DNA of 63,562 bases, the filler included, from Stramenopiles sp. TOSAG23-6 (lineage: Eukaryota), in NCBI GenBank assembly GCA_900128565.1. It is 6 parts of 6 records of this genome, joined end to end, with 100 filler letters (N's around TTAATTAATTAA, not from the genome) between each part and the next. Parts side by side here need not be neighbours in the genome. Positions count along the whole stretch, not along the records: positions 42,499 to 52,983 come from LT636308.1; positions 53,084 to 63,562 come from LT636309.1; 4 more parts are not named here. One strand, 5' to 3'. The notes below the pieces were generated by a model. That model was not told the origin of the DNA. It worked only from the letters and a program-made list of their open reading frames with translations, and ran no database searches. The first letter of the stretch is position 1. Every line of letters begins with the position of its first letter. This document shows, in pieces, positions 52,291-62,883 of the stretch. The translations under genes were made by a program, and so were the position numbers.

Positions 52291-52983
52291 ACGAGACAAT
52301 GAAGACAATGAAAATATACTACAAACAAAATTACATTACAAAAACAATCAAAATTCTTTTTTTTTTCTTAATGAATTTGAAAGGAAAAAATATCGTAGGT
52401 GATTTTCATCATGAATTTCGGAATTTCGGAATTTTTTTTTTTTTTTTTTTTTTTTTGTTTTTTTACAAAATTTTTTCCCCAAAATTTTTTTTTTTTTTAA
52501 TTTTGTATAATTTTTTTTTTTTTTTTTTTTTTTTTTTGGTATGAAAATTTGTACCTAACAAAAAAAATTTTGATTTTTTTTTTGAAATATTTTTCAAAAA
52601 TACATGAATATCAAATGTTGTATTCAAATGTTTACACAACTTGATTACATAACTAGAAGCGAACTTCTTTATGGTACGTTGTAATCTGTACAATATTGAT
52701 TTGTTTTCCTATACAATTTTTACAATCTTTTTTTTTTTTTTTTTTGTTTTTACTACGAAATTTTGTACCTAACAAAAAAAAATCAAATTTGAAATATTTT
52801 TTCAAAATTCATATATGTGGGAAACAATGAATATCTCTTCTGGAGATAGTATATTACCTTTTAATAATGACTGGACTGGACATGTATGTTTTATTTTTTT
52901 TTTTCACAAAAAAATCGAATTTATTTTTCGTACGAAATTTTGTACCTAACAAATTTTTTAGAATTTTTTTTGAAATATTTTTC

Positions 52984-53083
52984 NNNNNNNNNNNNNNNNN
53001 NNNNNNNNNNNNNNNNNNNNNNNNNNNTTAATTAATTAANNNNNNNNNNNNNNNNNNNNNNNNNNNNNNNNNNNNNNNNNNNN
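52984..53083. other. Artificial contig linker
   Basis: N-TTAATTAATTAA-N. Confidence 0.97.
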
Positions 53084-53150
53084 AAAAAAATTGTTAGGTA
53101 CGAAATTTCGTACGAAAAAAAAATCGAATTTGAAAAAAAAATAAAACATA

Positions 53151-53988
53151 CATCCATTTCTGCAAGTCTCGTGATAAGTCGAATTGAAGATAGCACAGAT
53201 TCTTTTGATGCTCCTTTATCAAATAAACCTTCCATAAATACTTCAACGCATCCATCTTCAATAAATAATTCAGCAACACCAGAACTTTTACACAGTTGTA
53301 ACGAAGATCGAGAAATCCCAGCGGCGATATTTTTATTTTCCGGAAATTTTTGAAAAATGGAAAGCATTTTCTGAATATGCATATGATTACTCATGGCTTT
53401 TGGATTCTTTTGGGTACAAACACTAACAAGTTTCGTGACAGCTTTACAAGTGCTGTCTGAGGGATTTTTACAAGAAGATAAGGACTCCATTGCCTTCGCA
53501 AGGCAACCATCATTAACAATTTTGCCACAGAAACGTTTTCCATACTTAGGATGACCACACAATTGAGTTAAAATCTCACATATTGGCTTAAGTTTCTCGG
53601 CATCGCCAGCATATAACTCCAAAAGGTCATTCAGTAAATCTATCGAACCCTTTTCAACCATAGCTTCGCAGTTCAAACGCCAGTCATTATTTGGAGGACA
53701 CACAGCTTTTAAAAACACAGTGAGAGAATATTGACATAGTTGAGGAAAACTCTTATTTTTCTTTGCTGTATCAATAAATGACTGAATTGTGCGTTTCTTG
53801 CGTTGCTGTTGTTTTACAAGTTTTGGATCACCCTTGAGCCGACGTGCCCCTTTGCGAGGTCGTGGTGTATATAATACTGTCGTTGNTCGTGGTGGTGGTG
53901 GAGCAGTTACATCAAGCTCCTCCGGTGGTGGTGGAGGAGCAGATACATCAAACTCCTCTGGTGGTGGTGGAGGAGGGGGCGCCGACAT
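53151..53988 (-). CDS. Pro-rich N-terminus plus ARM-like repeat protein, first exon
   Basis: SAPPPPP repeats followed by a helical ARM-like region; ends at a family donor. Confidence 0.65.
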
Positions 53989-54238
53989 ATTATTGCAGTA
54001 TCACTTCTAGGAATGGCCAGGATATATAAATACAACAAGAATATATCTAGTATTGAAGACTGAAGGTAATTTTTACCTCTGGAATTACGAAAACCGTGGC
54101 GAAAACGAAAACAAAACACAAATAAATTTGACAGTTTTGAAACGGTACCGGGTAACAAAACTTGAAAAAAAACTTCGATATTGTCCGATTTATTATTGTC
54201 CTGTAAAAAATGATTCATTAAGAAAAACTTGTTATACA

Positions 54239-55817
54239 ATGTCAATGTGGGCTTCAACATTATTCCGCAAATTTGTTCCAAAGATAATCTTGAAGTTGTC
54301 AAAAACCAAGAAAAAAATGCTTGGTGCAAGCTTTGTCTTTTTTGTTCTCTCTTTTATAGGTCGTCTCCAAAAAGGTGTAATTAATCGAAAACCATTCTCG
54401 CAGTTTATGTTAGACTTGCGAGGAGGAAAAATTGCAGCGTTATCCATTGGTGCTGCTGGTTTAACGGCATCTACCATTACAGGAGCCACATATACGACGA
54501 TAACTTCATCGATGCTTCTTAATACTTGTGGTCCTGAAATTATTCGCCGCTTACTAACAGATAAAATTCCCTTTGGAACTCCAAAACCAGAATTCCGAGT
54601 GGGACCAATTATAATGTTACTTTTGCCTTTTATTTATCTCGCTGTATCATTAAAGATGATGCAGAGGCAATTAAACCCTCCATCTGGAGATGTTGGCAAG
54701 AAACAAAACGATTCGTCAGCTCTATGCAACGGCCCAACTTTTGATGATATAGCAGGAATGGATGAAGCTTTGACCGAGGTGAGAGAGATTGTTGACTTTT
54801 TAAATAATAGTGAAAAATATTGTAAAATTGGTGCAAAAATTCCAAAAGGAATTTTGTTAATTGGGCCATCAGGAACTGGAAAAACTTTATTAGCTCGATC
54901 TTTAGCTCAGGAAGCCCGCGTTCCTTTTTATTCTTGTAGTGCATGTACGTTTTCAAAATTGATTTATTGTTTTTTTTCGTACGAAATTCCGTACCTAACG
55001 AATTAAAAAAATATATTTTTTTCATATTACATCAGATTTTGTGGAAATTCTAGTTGGTCGTGGTGCTGCTCGTGTACGTGATTTATTCCAAAGAGCTACG
55101 GATTCTTCTGGTGCATCTATTGTTTTCATTGATGAGCTTGATGCTTTAGGTAAAGCGCGAGGTGGTCTTAATAGTAATGACGAAAGAGAACAAACATTAA
55201 ACCAATTACTCACTGAAATGGATGGATTTGATACAAGAGTTGATGAAAATGGTAATAAATTAGACCCGATTGTTATCATTGCTGCGACCAATCGGCCAGA
55301 AGTTTTAGATCCTGCGCTGATTCGACCAGGTCGATTTGATCGACACGTGGAAATTGGATTACCAAATGTTGTATGTTTCATTTTTTTTCAATTTCGAATT
55401 TATTTTTTTATAAAAATTTTGTACCTAACGAATTGTTTTTTGAAATATTTTTCCAAAATACTTGCAGGTAGAGAAGCTATACTTCGTGTACATTCAAAAA
55501 ATATAAGAATGGACCCAAACGTGTCTCTTCGTAAAATTGTACATTATATTCACTTTAATTTCGAATTTATTTATTTTTTGTACGAAATTTTGTACCTAAC
55601 AAAAAAAAAATATATATTTTTCACAATATATGCGACCCTCACTGAAGGTAAATCAGGTGCTGAGCTTGCAGGCATTATTAATGATGCAGCTTTACTTGCA
55701 GTTCGTTATGGACTTGAGCAGGTGAATTCAGTTTGTATGCAGGAGGCGACCACGCGATCTAATGCGTACATATCACATACGAAGTCGAAGTATAAAAAAA
55801 CAAATTGGTTGTTATAA
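54239..55817 (+). CDS. FtsH-like membrane AAA ATPase lacking the M41 protease domain
   Basis: [99 protein letters not shown]. Introns 54945-55032, 55371-55463 and 55539-55631. Start codon uncertain. Confidence 0.85.
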
Positions 55818-55974
55818 ACGTTTGTTTATAAATGTAATTTATATTTTTTCTTTGTACCAAAAGTATATCTCAAGATTTCGTGTTTTGTTGATGTAACGGT
55901 ATTGAGATTAGTAAGATAGTCTTCATCTAACAAATCTTTAGTTTAGTACTACACTTTATACATTTCATTCAATC

Positions 55975-56921
55975 ATGCCGGTAGTTGTATTACGGGCAAA
56001 GGTTATCAAAGCATGGAAGGGTGCAAAAGTCAAGCTTGAAGTCGATGATATAGTTTGGGTTTGCCAGAAAACAGCTTTAGCTTGGTTAATTCGACTTCCC
56101 TCATCTACCAAAGGATCAACTCCCTTAGTCTGGTGTCCAACAAGTTCCCTTGAAATACTTTTGACTACGGACAATGAGTTACAAGATATCAATATATTAG
56201 TAAATGCACGTAATGAAAATATCCCTGAAGATTATTTGTATGATGATAATGCTTTTCTTGAGCACGGATCAGCGGTGTTGGTTCCTGGCGAACTCACACG
56301 AAGTACTCATCGACTTTGGCATAATTTTGGTTTTGCAACGCAGCGCTTCAATAATATGTTCTACCTCGATGATAAGACTCTCATCATGGTAAACGGCAAC
56401 AATGTTCGTTTAGTTGATATTGAATCACTTCAATCGTTTTATATATCAGGTAAAGATGGAGGAGGTGTTGGAGCACTAACGGTTTCTTCTGATAGTAAAT
56501 ATTTTGCAGTAGCTGAAAAAGCCAGATACCAACCAAATGTATATATTTATCAATATCCTAGTCTCAAAGTAAAACGTGTCTGTCGGATGGGTACAGAAAA
56601 GGCTTATTCATGTATTCAATTTAATGAAGATGGAACAAAGTTAGCTACGGTAGGAAGTGCACCAGATTATATGCTAACTGTTTGGGATTGGATGGCAGAA
56701 AAGGTCATTTTACGGACTAAGGCCTTTTCACAGGAAGTGTTTAATGTTTCCTTTTTCCCACAAAACGATGGAATATTGACTACATCTGGTATTGGTCATA
56801 TACGATTTTGGAAGATGGCAAGAACCTTTACAGGGCTTAAATTGCAAGGTGATATTGGAAAATTTGGCAAAGTTGATCTGAGTGATGTTCAAAGTTATGC
56901 GGAAATGCCTGGTGGTTTAAT
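55975..56921 (+). CDS. CFAP44: Cilia/flagella-associated WD40 protein 44, first exon
   Basis: LATVGSAPDYMLTVWDW..EKVILRTKAFSQEVF...TSGIGHIRFWKMARTFTGLKLQGDIGKFG. Ends at a GC-type family donor at 56922, then a gap. Confidence 0.85.
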
Positions 56922-58021
56922 GCACGTTTTAATTTTTTTTCAAATTCGATTTTTTTTCGTACGAAATTTTGTACCTAACAAATTTTAGTTTTTTTTTTTT
57001 GAANNNNNNNNNNNNNNNNNNNNNNNNNNNNNNNNNNNNNNNNNNNNNNNNNNNNNNNNNNNNNNNNNNNNNNNNNNNNNNNNNNNNNNNNNNNNNNNNN
57101 NNNNNNNNNNNNNNNNNNNNNNNNNNNNNNNNNNNNNNNNNNNNNNNNNNNNNNNNNNNNNNNNNNNNNNNNNNNNNNNNNNNNNNNNNNNNNNNNNAAA
57201 AAAAAAAATAAAAAAAAAAAAAAAAAAAAATATTTTCCGAAAATACATATTATTGTTTATATAAAGATGCAGTTTTGAAGATGTAAGATGGAATGTTTTG
57301 AGATTGATATTTGAGTGCTAAATAGTTCTGTACCAATACCTACTACCACGAACTTTTGAATTTGATACATTTTATTGATGTCACTGTTGTAGAAACTTTT
57401 ATATAGAAGGGGAATAGTGATTGAAAAAATTATGGAATAGAAAGAAACAAGAAAATGGGTTAGGGTTAGGGTTAGCGGAAATGGTACCAAATATCACAAT
57501 GCGCACAACACTAACTAGAATCTATTCGACAATTAATTCACCTGGATGAATTTTTTGTTTGTTGTTGTTGTACAAATAAGAAAGAAATATTTGATAATTA
57601 CTTTTATATTTAATTAAGTCAATGTGTACTCTTAAAAACCCGTAGGAAAGGATAATAGTTTTATAAATTGATGACCATCAAACTATTTTTTCCATTGAGT
57701 ACACCAATTTTAATATAAATTCAATATCTTTTTATATATGGCAACACTGCAGCAATGAAATTTCTTCATTGGTTCATTACTTCCGTATTCATATCTATTT
57801 TTTTTTATTTTTCCTAATTTTTAAAACTAAATATCGGAAATTTTGGCCCGCGATTTCGATTTTCGATTTATTTGGGATATTTCGATTTCGAGAATAAATT
57901 TTGGGCACGCGAAAAAGTGCGCAAGTTTGGAAACTAAACGAAACTAAACACGGTATTAGGACACTCTATCTATTAATAGCTAGCTTAGGAGGAAACACCA
58001 ACTTTATCTATAGCAAATAGT

Positions 58022-59842
58022 ATGTTTTCAAACCCTTCCAAAGTAGACAAGAAGACTTTGTCAGTCTCGGGAAACATAGGACCGCTTATCTTGACTGCAA
58101 CGAGTGATTTACTCTTGCGTGCTAATTGGGAGGTGAATATACAAATAGTAGACGGAGTAAATGCGACGACACGGAAGGATAGGTTAGCTGCTGTGACTAA
58201 AATTCTTCGCAAGAAACTCTCAGCCCGGGAAATAAAAACTGTGTGGTTAACACTTCTTCTTGTAGAGAGTCTCGTGAAAAATTGCCACGCGCGCTTTCAC
58301 GAAGAGCTTGGAAATCCGAAGTTCCAAGCGCAGATGAAAAAGTTATGTACGAAACCAATATCTAGAAGTAAGTCGGATCTGAATCAACTTGAAAGTAGTA
58401 CGGATGTAATGAATAAAGCAATTTCATTGGTTCAATTATGGGGCGAAGCGTTCTTACCTCGTGGAAATGAACCCTGTGGACGGGCTTTCGTTGAAACATA
58501 TCATGAATTGAAGCGAGCTGGTATCCATTTTCCAAATCAATATAACGATAAATCGTCTCCCGTATTTACTCCCGAAGTATCAAAGTCTGCTACNACAAAT
58601 AAAGCGGTTAATAATACTTCGTCGGATGTTCAAGCACCTATAGAAGGTAAAGAATCTGAAATTAAACAAAAACAGCGTGCTTCACTAGGTCATGATTTTG
58701 CTGTAATTGCCAATCATCTTGTGTTTCTTCAAAGTATGATGAAAAATGCATCACCTAAAGAAAATTTTGAAACNAATGTTTTGGCCAAGGAACTCTCAAC
58801 TGAATGTCGCGATTTTCAAGATAGGTTACAAAATTCTACAAGGCAAGCAATGGAAAGTGATTCTACAACCCTTCCAATACTGCTTGAAATGAATGATGAC
58901 CTTCTTGAAATTTTAAAAGAATATGAATATGTATGTGCTAATGGGCCACGAAAAAAACCTGATACATCTGATACACCTAATGTATCATCAAAAGGTGGAA
59001 CAGTATCTTCGTTGAAAATGCCTCCTAGTCCTCCCTTGGCTTCAAAGCTGACAGAAAATACTCATTCGACAGAGTTAATATTAGATAATTTTTTTCAACA
59101 AGAACCTTCGAAAGACACTGAGGAACAAGGTGAGAATGATGAAGCTTTGTTTACATTGGATTCACCAAAGAGAAAGAGTTTTAGAAGAATCCGGTCAAAA
59201 ACTATAAAACCTACTACGGATAAGAATAAATCGAATTCGTCTAAAAATTCAGTAAAAAGTAAAGAAAATGAAGAACTTGATGCTTTATTCGGATCTTTTG
59301 AAATTACTGAAGAAAAATCTACTGATTTGATGAATATCCCAACTGCTATACCCAAACATATTCGCCGCGACACCAACATTAGTGTATCGTCTGGTGAAGA
59401 ATCACTATTTGGTGATGACTTTGATATGCTAGCAAGAAATGGTTCTGGTAATATGAGTGGAACAAGTCAACCAACAAATAGTAACACAACATCTGATACA
59501 TTAAACAAAGATTCCTCATTTGATTTAGATAGTCTTTACAAACTCTCCAACCGACATAATTCTTTGAGAAATAGAATCCAACAGAAAATTGGCACACCAG
59601 GATCGTATAGTAATAGTAATGAAATGTACAATAATAATAGAATGAATCAACAACAAATGAATCAATATCAGATGAATCAACAACAAATGAATCAATATCA
59701 GATGAATCAATATCAGATGAATCAACAACAAATGAATCAACAACAAATGAATCAATATCAGATGAATCAACAACAAATGAATCAACAACATATGAATCAA
59801 AAACGACAAAGTGATAATCCATTTGATATATTTGGAAATTGA
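58022..59842 (+). CDS. VHS-GAT (TOM1-like) trafficking adaptor
   Basis: ATSDLL..ANWEVNIQIVD, LLVESLVKNC..FH, LVQLWGEAF, YHELKRAGIHFP; GAT-like helices; MNQQQ repeat; C-terminal NPF. Confidence 0.85.
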   Translation: MFSNPSKVDKKTLSVSGNIGPLILTATSDLLLRANWEVNIQIVDGVNATTRKDRLAAVTKILRKKLSAREIKTVWLTLLLVESLVKNCHARFHEELGNPKFQAQMKKLCTKPISRSKSDLNQLESSTDVMNKAISLVQLWGEAFLPRGNEPCGRAFVETYHELKRAGIHFPNQYNDKSSPVFTPEVSKSAXTNKAVNNTSSDVQAPIEGKESEIKQKQRASLGHDFAVIANHLVFLQSMMKNASPKENFEXNVLAKELSTECRDFQDRLQNSTRQAMESDSTTLPILLEMNDDLLEILKEYEYVCANGPRKKPDTSDTPNVSSKGGTVSSLKMPPSPPLASKLTENTHSTELILDNFFQQEPSKDTEEQGENDEALFTLDSPKRKSFRRIRSKTIKPTTDKNKSNSSKNSVKSKENEELDALFGSFEITEEKSTDLMNIPTAIPKHIRRDTNISVSSGEESLFGDDFDMLARNGSGNMSGTSQPTNSNTTSDTLNKDSSFDLDSLYKLSNRHNSLRNRIQQKIGTPGSYSNSNEMYNNNRMNQQQMNQYQMNQQQMNQYQMNQYQMNQQQMNQQQMNQYQMNQQQMNQQHMNQKRQSDNPFDIFGN

Positions 59843-59973
59843 TACATACACGTAATTATTAGTAATAAATTCTTTTATGGATACTTAATATATTCTTTCT
59901 CACTCAAAACATAATAAAAAACCATATATAATATATTATTTTCCCATCCCTTTTTTCCAAAAATATTTTCACG

Positions 59974-61635
59974 TCACACAACCAATAATAACAAAAGTAT
60001 CGCAACAATTGTAAAATATCCAAATACCTGAGCATAGAGCAAAGGAACAAATCGTCGCACGAAAAAAAATATTTTTCTATCAGTTATTATACTATCACCG
60101 CGAACTAACCTAGGTTTTTTACGTTTTGCCATATCACTATATAAGGAAGAGCGTTCCAAATGTCTAACTCGAGTTAAACTACTAGACAGATCTGTATCCA
60201 CATTTTCACAACTTACACCATAACCAATCTTTGTCATTGGTGCAAGTGGGCCTAAACTATCCAAAGTAAAACGAGAATTACAATTTTCTGTATTTCGCTT
60301 TGCAGGCCCAAAAAAATTGAATAAATCAAAGACTCCAATGTTGTCACCCGCCATACCCGTACTATGAAGTAAACGTAAATCAAGATCACCCAAATTATCA
60401 TTATCAAATGCATGTTTTGTGTCACCCAAAAACAATCTCTGGTTTTCGAATGAGTTTGTTTGTATTTCCTTCATTTTATTATCATTTTCACGCATATTTC
60501 GTACATTGCTCAAATTTTCTTTTATGTTGTTGTTGAGAGCATTAAACGATGGGACTTCTCCCCAGTGAATGCTATCAATGCTTCCATTGCTAGCTGTGCG
60601 TTTTCGTGTCACACACTTCGAACTTGATGAAAGAGAAAAATCTGTAGTTAATACCGTATTGGGGGATTGTAATGGTGATTCCGCAATAACGCTTGGAACT
60701 ACAATCGTCTTTGTATCATGAGAAGAAATCGACATTTTGGATTTAATTCTCATCGTTGCATGATCTGCATGTCGTTTGTCTTTCCAAATGTTTCCCCCCA
60801 TTAAAGGCCTTGCGACTACTCTTGAATCTTCCATGTCAATATCAGTATTACTTGACTCTTCATCCCAGTCCAGAGCGCCTGAGAGAACTTCATAAAATTC
60901 GAAATCAACGTCATCTCTCTTTGGTAATATAGGAGCACATGCAGGTTGTTTTGGTTTAGTCATTTTTGGCTGCTGTATTATACTTTGATTAGAATTTTGT
61001 AATGGTCTTTTTATTGTTTTTGACTTGGACGAGGTTCTCTTAGATAATGAATTTGTTCGAGACCTGCTTTTTGCATCTCTATCGCGAATGGATGTCGACG
61101 TTGTTCTACGTCGTCTAGGCTTAATCGGCGCCGGTGTGACTATTACTCCTTCAATGAGAGAATCAGATATATTCGATAAAGACACAAGGTTCGTTCCAGC
61201 ACAAACTTTCAGCCATTTTCGTTCTGCAGTGAGCTCACACAGACGAGGAAGCTCTAACTTAACCTTAGCTACAGTTGCTCTACCCAGTTTTAGCATATGA
61301 TCTTTATGCTTCTTGGATCGTTTATTCAATGGTTTTTCATTTTGCTTCAAATCTGATCCACCATGTTCGGCCCAAAAGCCATTCACCGCAAACACATCTT
61401 GGCATAGAGCACAATAACGCTGCCATGCTTTACGTCGTGTTTTCCCTTCATATATCGGTCGATCACCGCACTCACTACAACTACCACAGGAGCCATGATA
61501 TACGAGGGAAGTATCTTCATCAGATAAACTGTGTGCATGCTCTACTGCATCCGCTAAATCATTGTCGTTTCCGACACATTGTCCTATTAGAGTCACGACT
61601 CCACGACAATGAGCTCTTTTGCATTTAAGTCTCAA
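59974..61635 (-). CDS. Hypothetical protein with a Cys/His-rich N-terminus
   Basis: 553-codon ORF with CxxC pairs near the N-terminus. The start is disrupted or unclear near 61660. Confidence 0.6.
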   Translation of the reverse strand: MRLKCKRAHCRGVVTLIGQCVGNDNDLADAVEHAHSLSDEDTSLVYHGSCGSCSECGDRPIYEGKTRRKAWQRYCALCQDVFAVNGFWAEHGGSDLKQNEKPLNKRSKKHKDHMLKLGRATVAKVKLELPRLCELTAERKWLKVCAGTNLVSLSNISDSLIEGVIVTPAPIKPRRRRTTSTSIRDRDAKSRSRTNSLSKRTSSKSKTIKRPLQNSNQSIIQQPKMTKPKQPACAPILPKRDDVDFEFYEVLSGALDWDEESSNTDIDMEDSRVVARPLMGGNIWKDKRHADHATMRIKSKMSISSHDTKTIVVPSVIAESPLQSPNTVLTTDFSLSSSSKCVTRKRTASNGSIDSIHWGEVPSFNALNNNIKENLSNVRNMRENDNKMKEIQTNSFENQRLFLGDTKHAFDNDNLGDLDLRLLHSTGMAGDNIGVFDLFNFFGPAKRNTENCNSRFTLDSLGPLAPMTKIGYGVSCENVDTDLSSSLTRVRHLERSSLYSDMAKRKKPRLVRGDSIITDRKIFFFVRRFVPLLYAQVFGYFTIVAILLLLLVV

Positions 61636-61956
61636 CTTTATCGGAAGATCATTCTTTGCTCATTGTATTGAAGTAGGTTTCAAATGCCGCTGATCCATCA
61701 AAGAACATCTGGAAGTAATCTTGATGATGGCGCATAAACTGAAGGGCATATATTTTGGAAAAATATTTCAAAAAAAAAAAATGTTAGGTACAGACTTTCA
61801 TNNNNNNNNNNNNNNNNNNNNNNNNNNNNNNNNNNNNNNNNNNNNNNNNNNNNNNNNNNNNNNNNNNNNNNNNNNNNNNNNNNNNNNNNNNNNNNNNNNN
61901 NNNNNNNNNNNNNNNNNNNNNNNNNNNNNNNNNNNNNNNNNNNNNNNNNNNNNNNN

Positions 61957-62883
61957 TAAAGCTATTCCTGAGACTTTATTATTTTCAGTATTTTTAGTAT
62001 TTTTAGTATTTTCAGTATTTTCAGTATTTTCAGTATGTTTAGTACTTATTGTAGAAGTTTCAGTACACTCAGAAGGTCCTGAAGGCCCTCTAAATATTGA
62101 ACCGATGAATGTTTCGTCAACGATTGGTTTCCCAGCATTATCTGGGATTTTCATGACTGCTATTCTAGATACAAGATTACTTGGATTACCACCCTGACGT
62201 TTTTTTACATTCCATTTTGCTGCTTTGGCACGTCTTTTCAGTACCATGGCGGTTGAAAAAAAACCTCGAGTAAAAATTTCAGGAGCTATACTTTGTCGTA
62301 ATGCAGTGGATATTCGCTGCTCAGTATGTTTGAGAAAAATGACGAGCGGTTCATGACTCTGGAATGAGGAATCATTCCTTTGAAATAAACCATCAGTACC
62401 TTTAGTATTACTCTTTTGTTGATCTACTTCTAAAAATGTTGGATCTACTGTCATGAGATGCCCTGGCTTTGCTAATTCTGGGACTATGAATTCTATTAAT
62501 GTTTGAGTATTAGGAACTTGAATAAAAAGCGAATCTCCTGGCGAAGTTCCTAACGGGCAGACAACCGAAAATGGTTTCCTTGACGAAACCAATTGTTGTT
62601 GTGTTGTCCGCTTTTGCACAGAAGTAGACGCCAACTGAAGAGCAACTTCAATGGGAGTATCATCATTAATTCGTTTCGATGACAGGGATTTTTGGTCCGC
62701 TTCCATCGCATCAAAATATCGAGTAACTGCGATTGACATATTATAGTTTGATTTTCGAAGCAATATCAAGCAATCTTCCATAGGCAGACATAGAGTAATG
62801 GACATTTCCAGTATATCTGCCTCTGTATATAAGCTACGGAGTATTTCAGTTTCCTCTGTAGTTACGGAGGAACCAGATCCCAT
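61957..62883 (-). CDS. Possibly N-myristoylated protein with a UBA-like motif, first exon; a downstream OTU-like exon lies at ~61650-61747
   Basis: MGSGSS start; LLRKSNYNMSIAVTRYFD UBA-like. Beyond the gap, ALQFMRHHQDYFQMFFDGSAAFETYFNTMSKE resembles an OTU segment. Confidence 0.55.

Larger units (their letters stand above)
1..61801. mobile_element. Dispersed family of ~50 related introner-like introns with non-canonical 3' ends (GT-AT dominant)
   Basis: The recurrent core TCGTACGAAATTTTGTACCTAAC (reverse complement in minus-strand genes), 5' GTAYGTTTT and 3' AAATATTTTTCCAAAATAC+NN interrupt ORFs. Removing them restores conserved motifs in GlyRS, IFT52, FtsH-like, BRF1, MACPF, ankyrin and renalase genes. 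Copy number is an eye count. Confidence 0.9.

Noticed and set aside
10590-53083. Five TTAATTAATTAA palindromes at ~10.6-kb spacing
   Set aside because: Embedded in N-runs; these are artificial stop-codon linkers. Gene adjacency across them is meaningless.
54943-55032. Interpreting the whole family as U12 AT-AC introns (ATGTACG...TAC)
   Set aside because: The shifted register works only when the duplicated bases are AT. TT, CT and AG cases and the conserved I-A at 55539 favour a GT start, and the U12 donor RTATCCTT is absent.
61636-61750. Fusion of an OTU-like exon to the 59974-61635 ORF
   Set aside because: A stop or frameshift at ATGAGCAAAGAATGA and an adjacent scaffold gap make a mis-join or consensus error more likely; it cannot be resolved from sequence alone.
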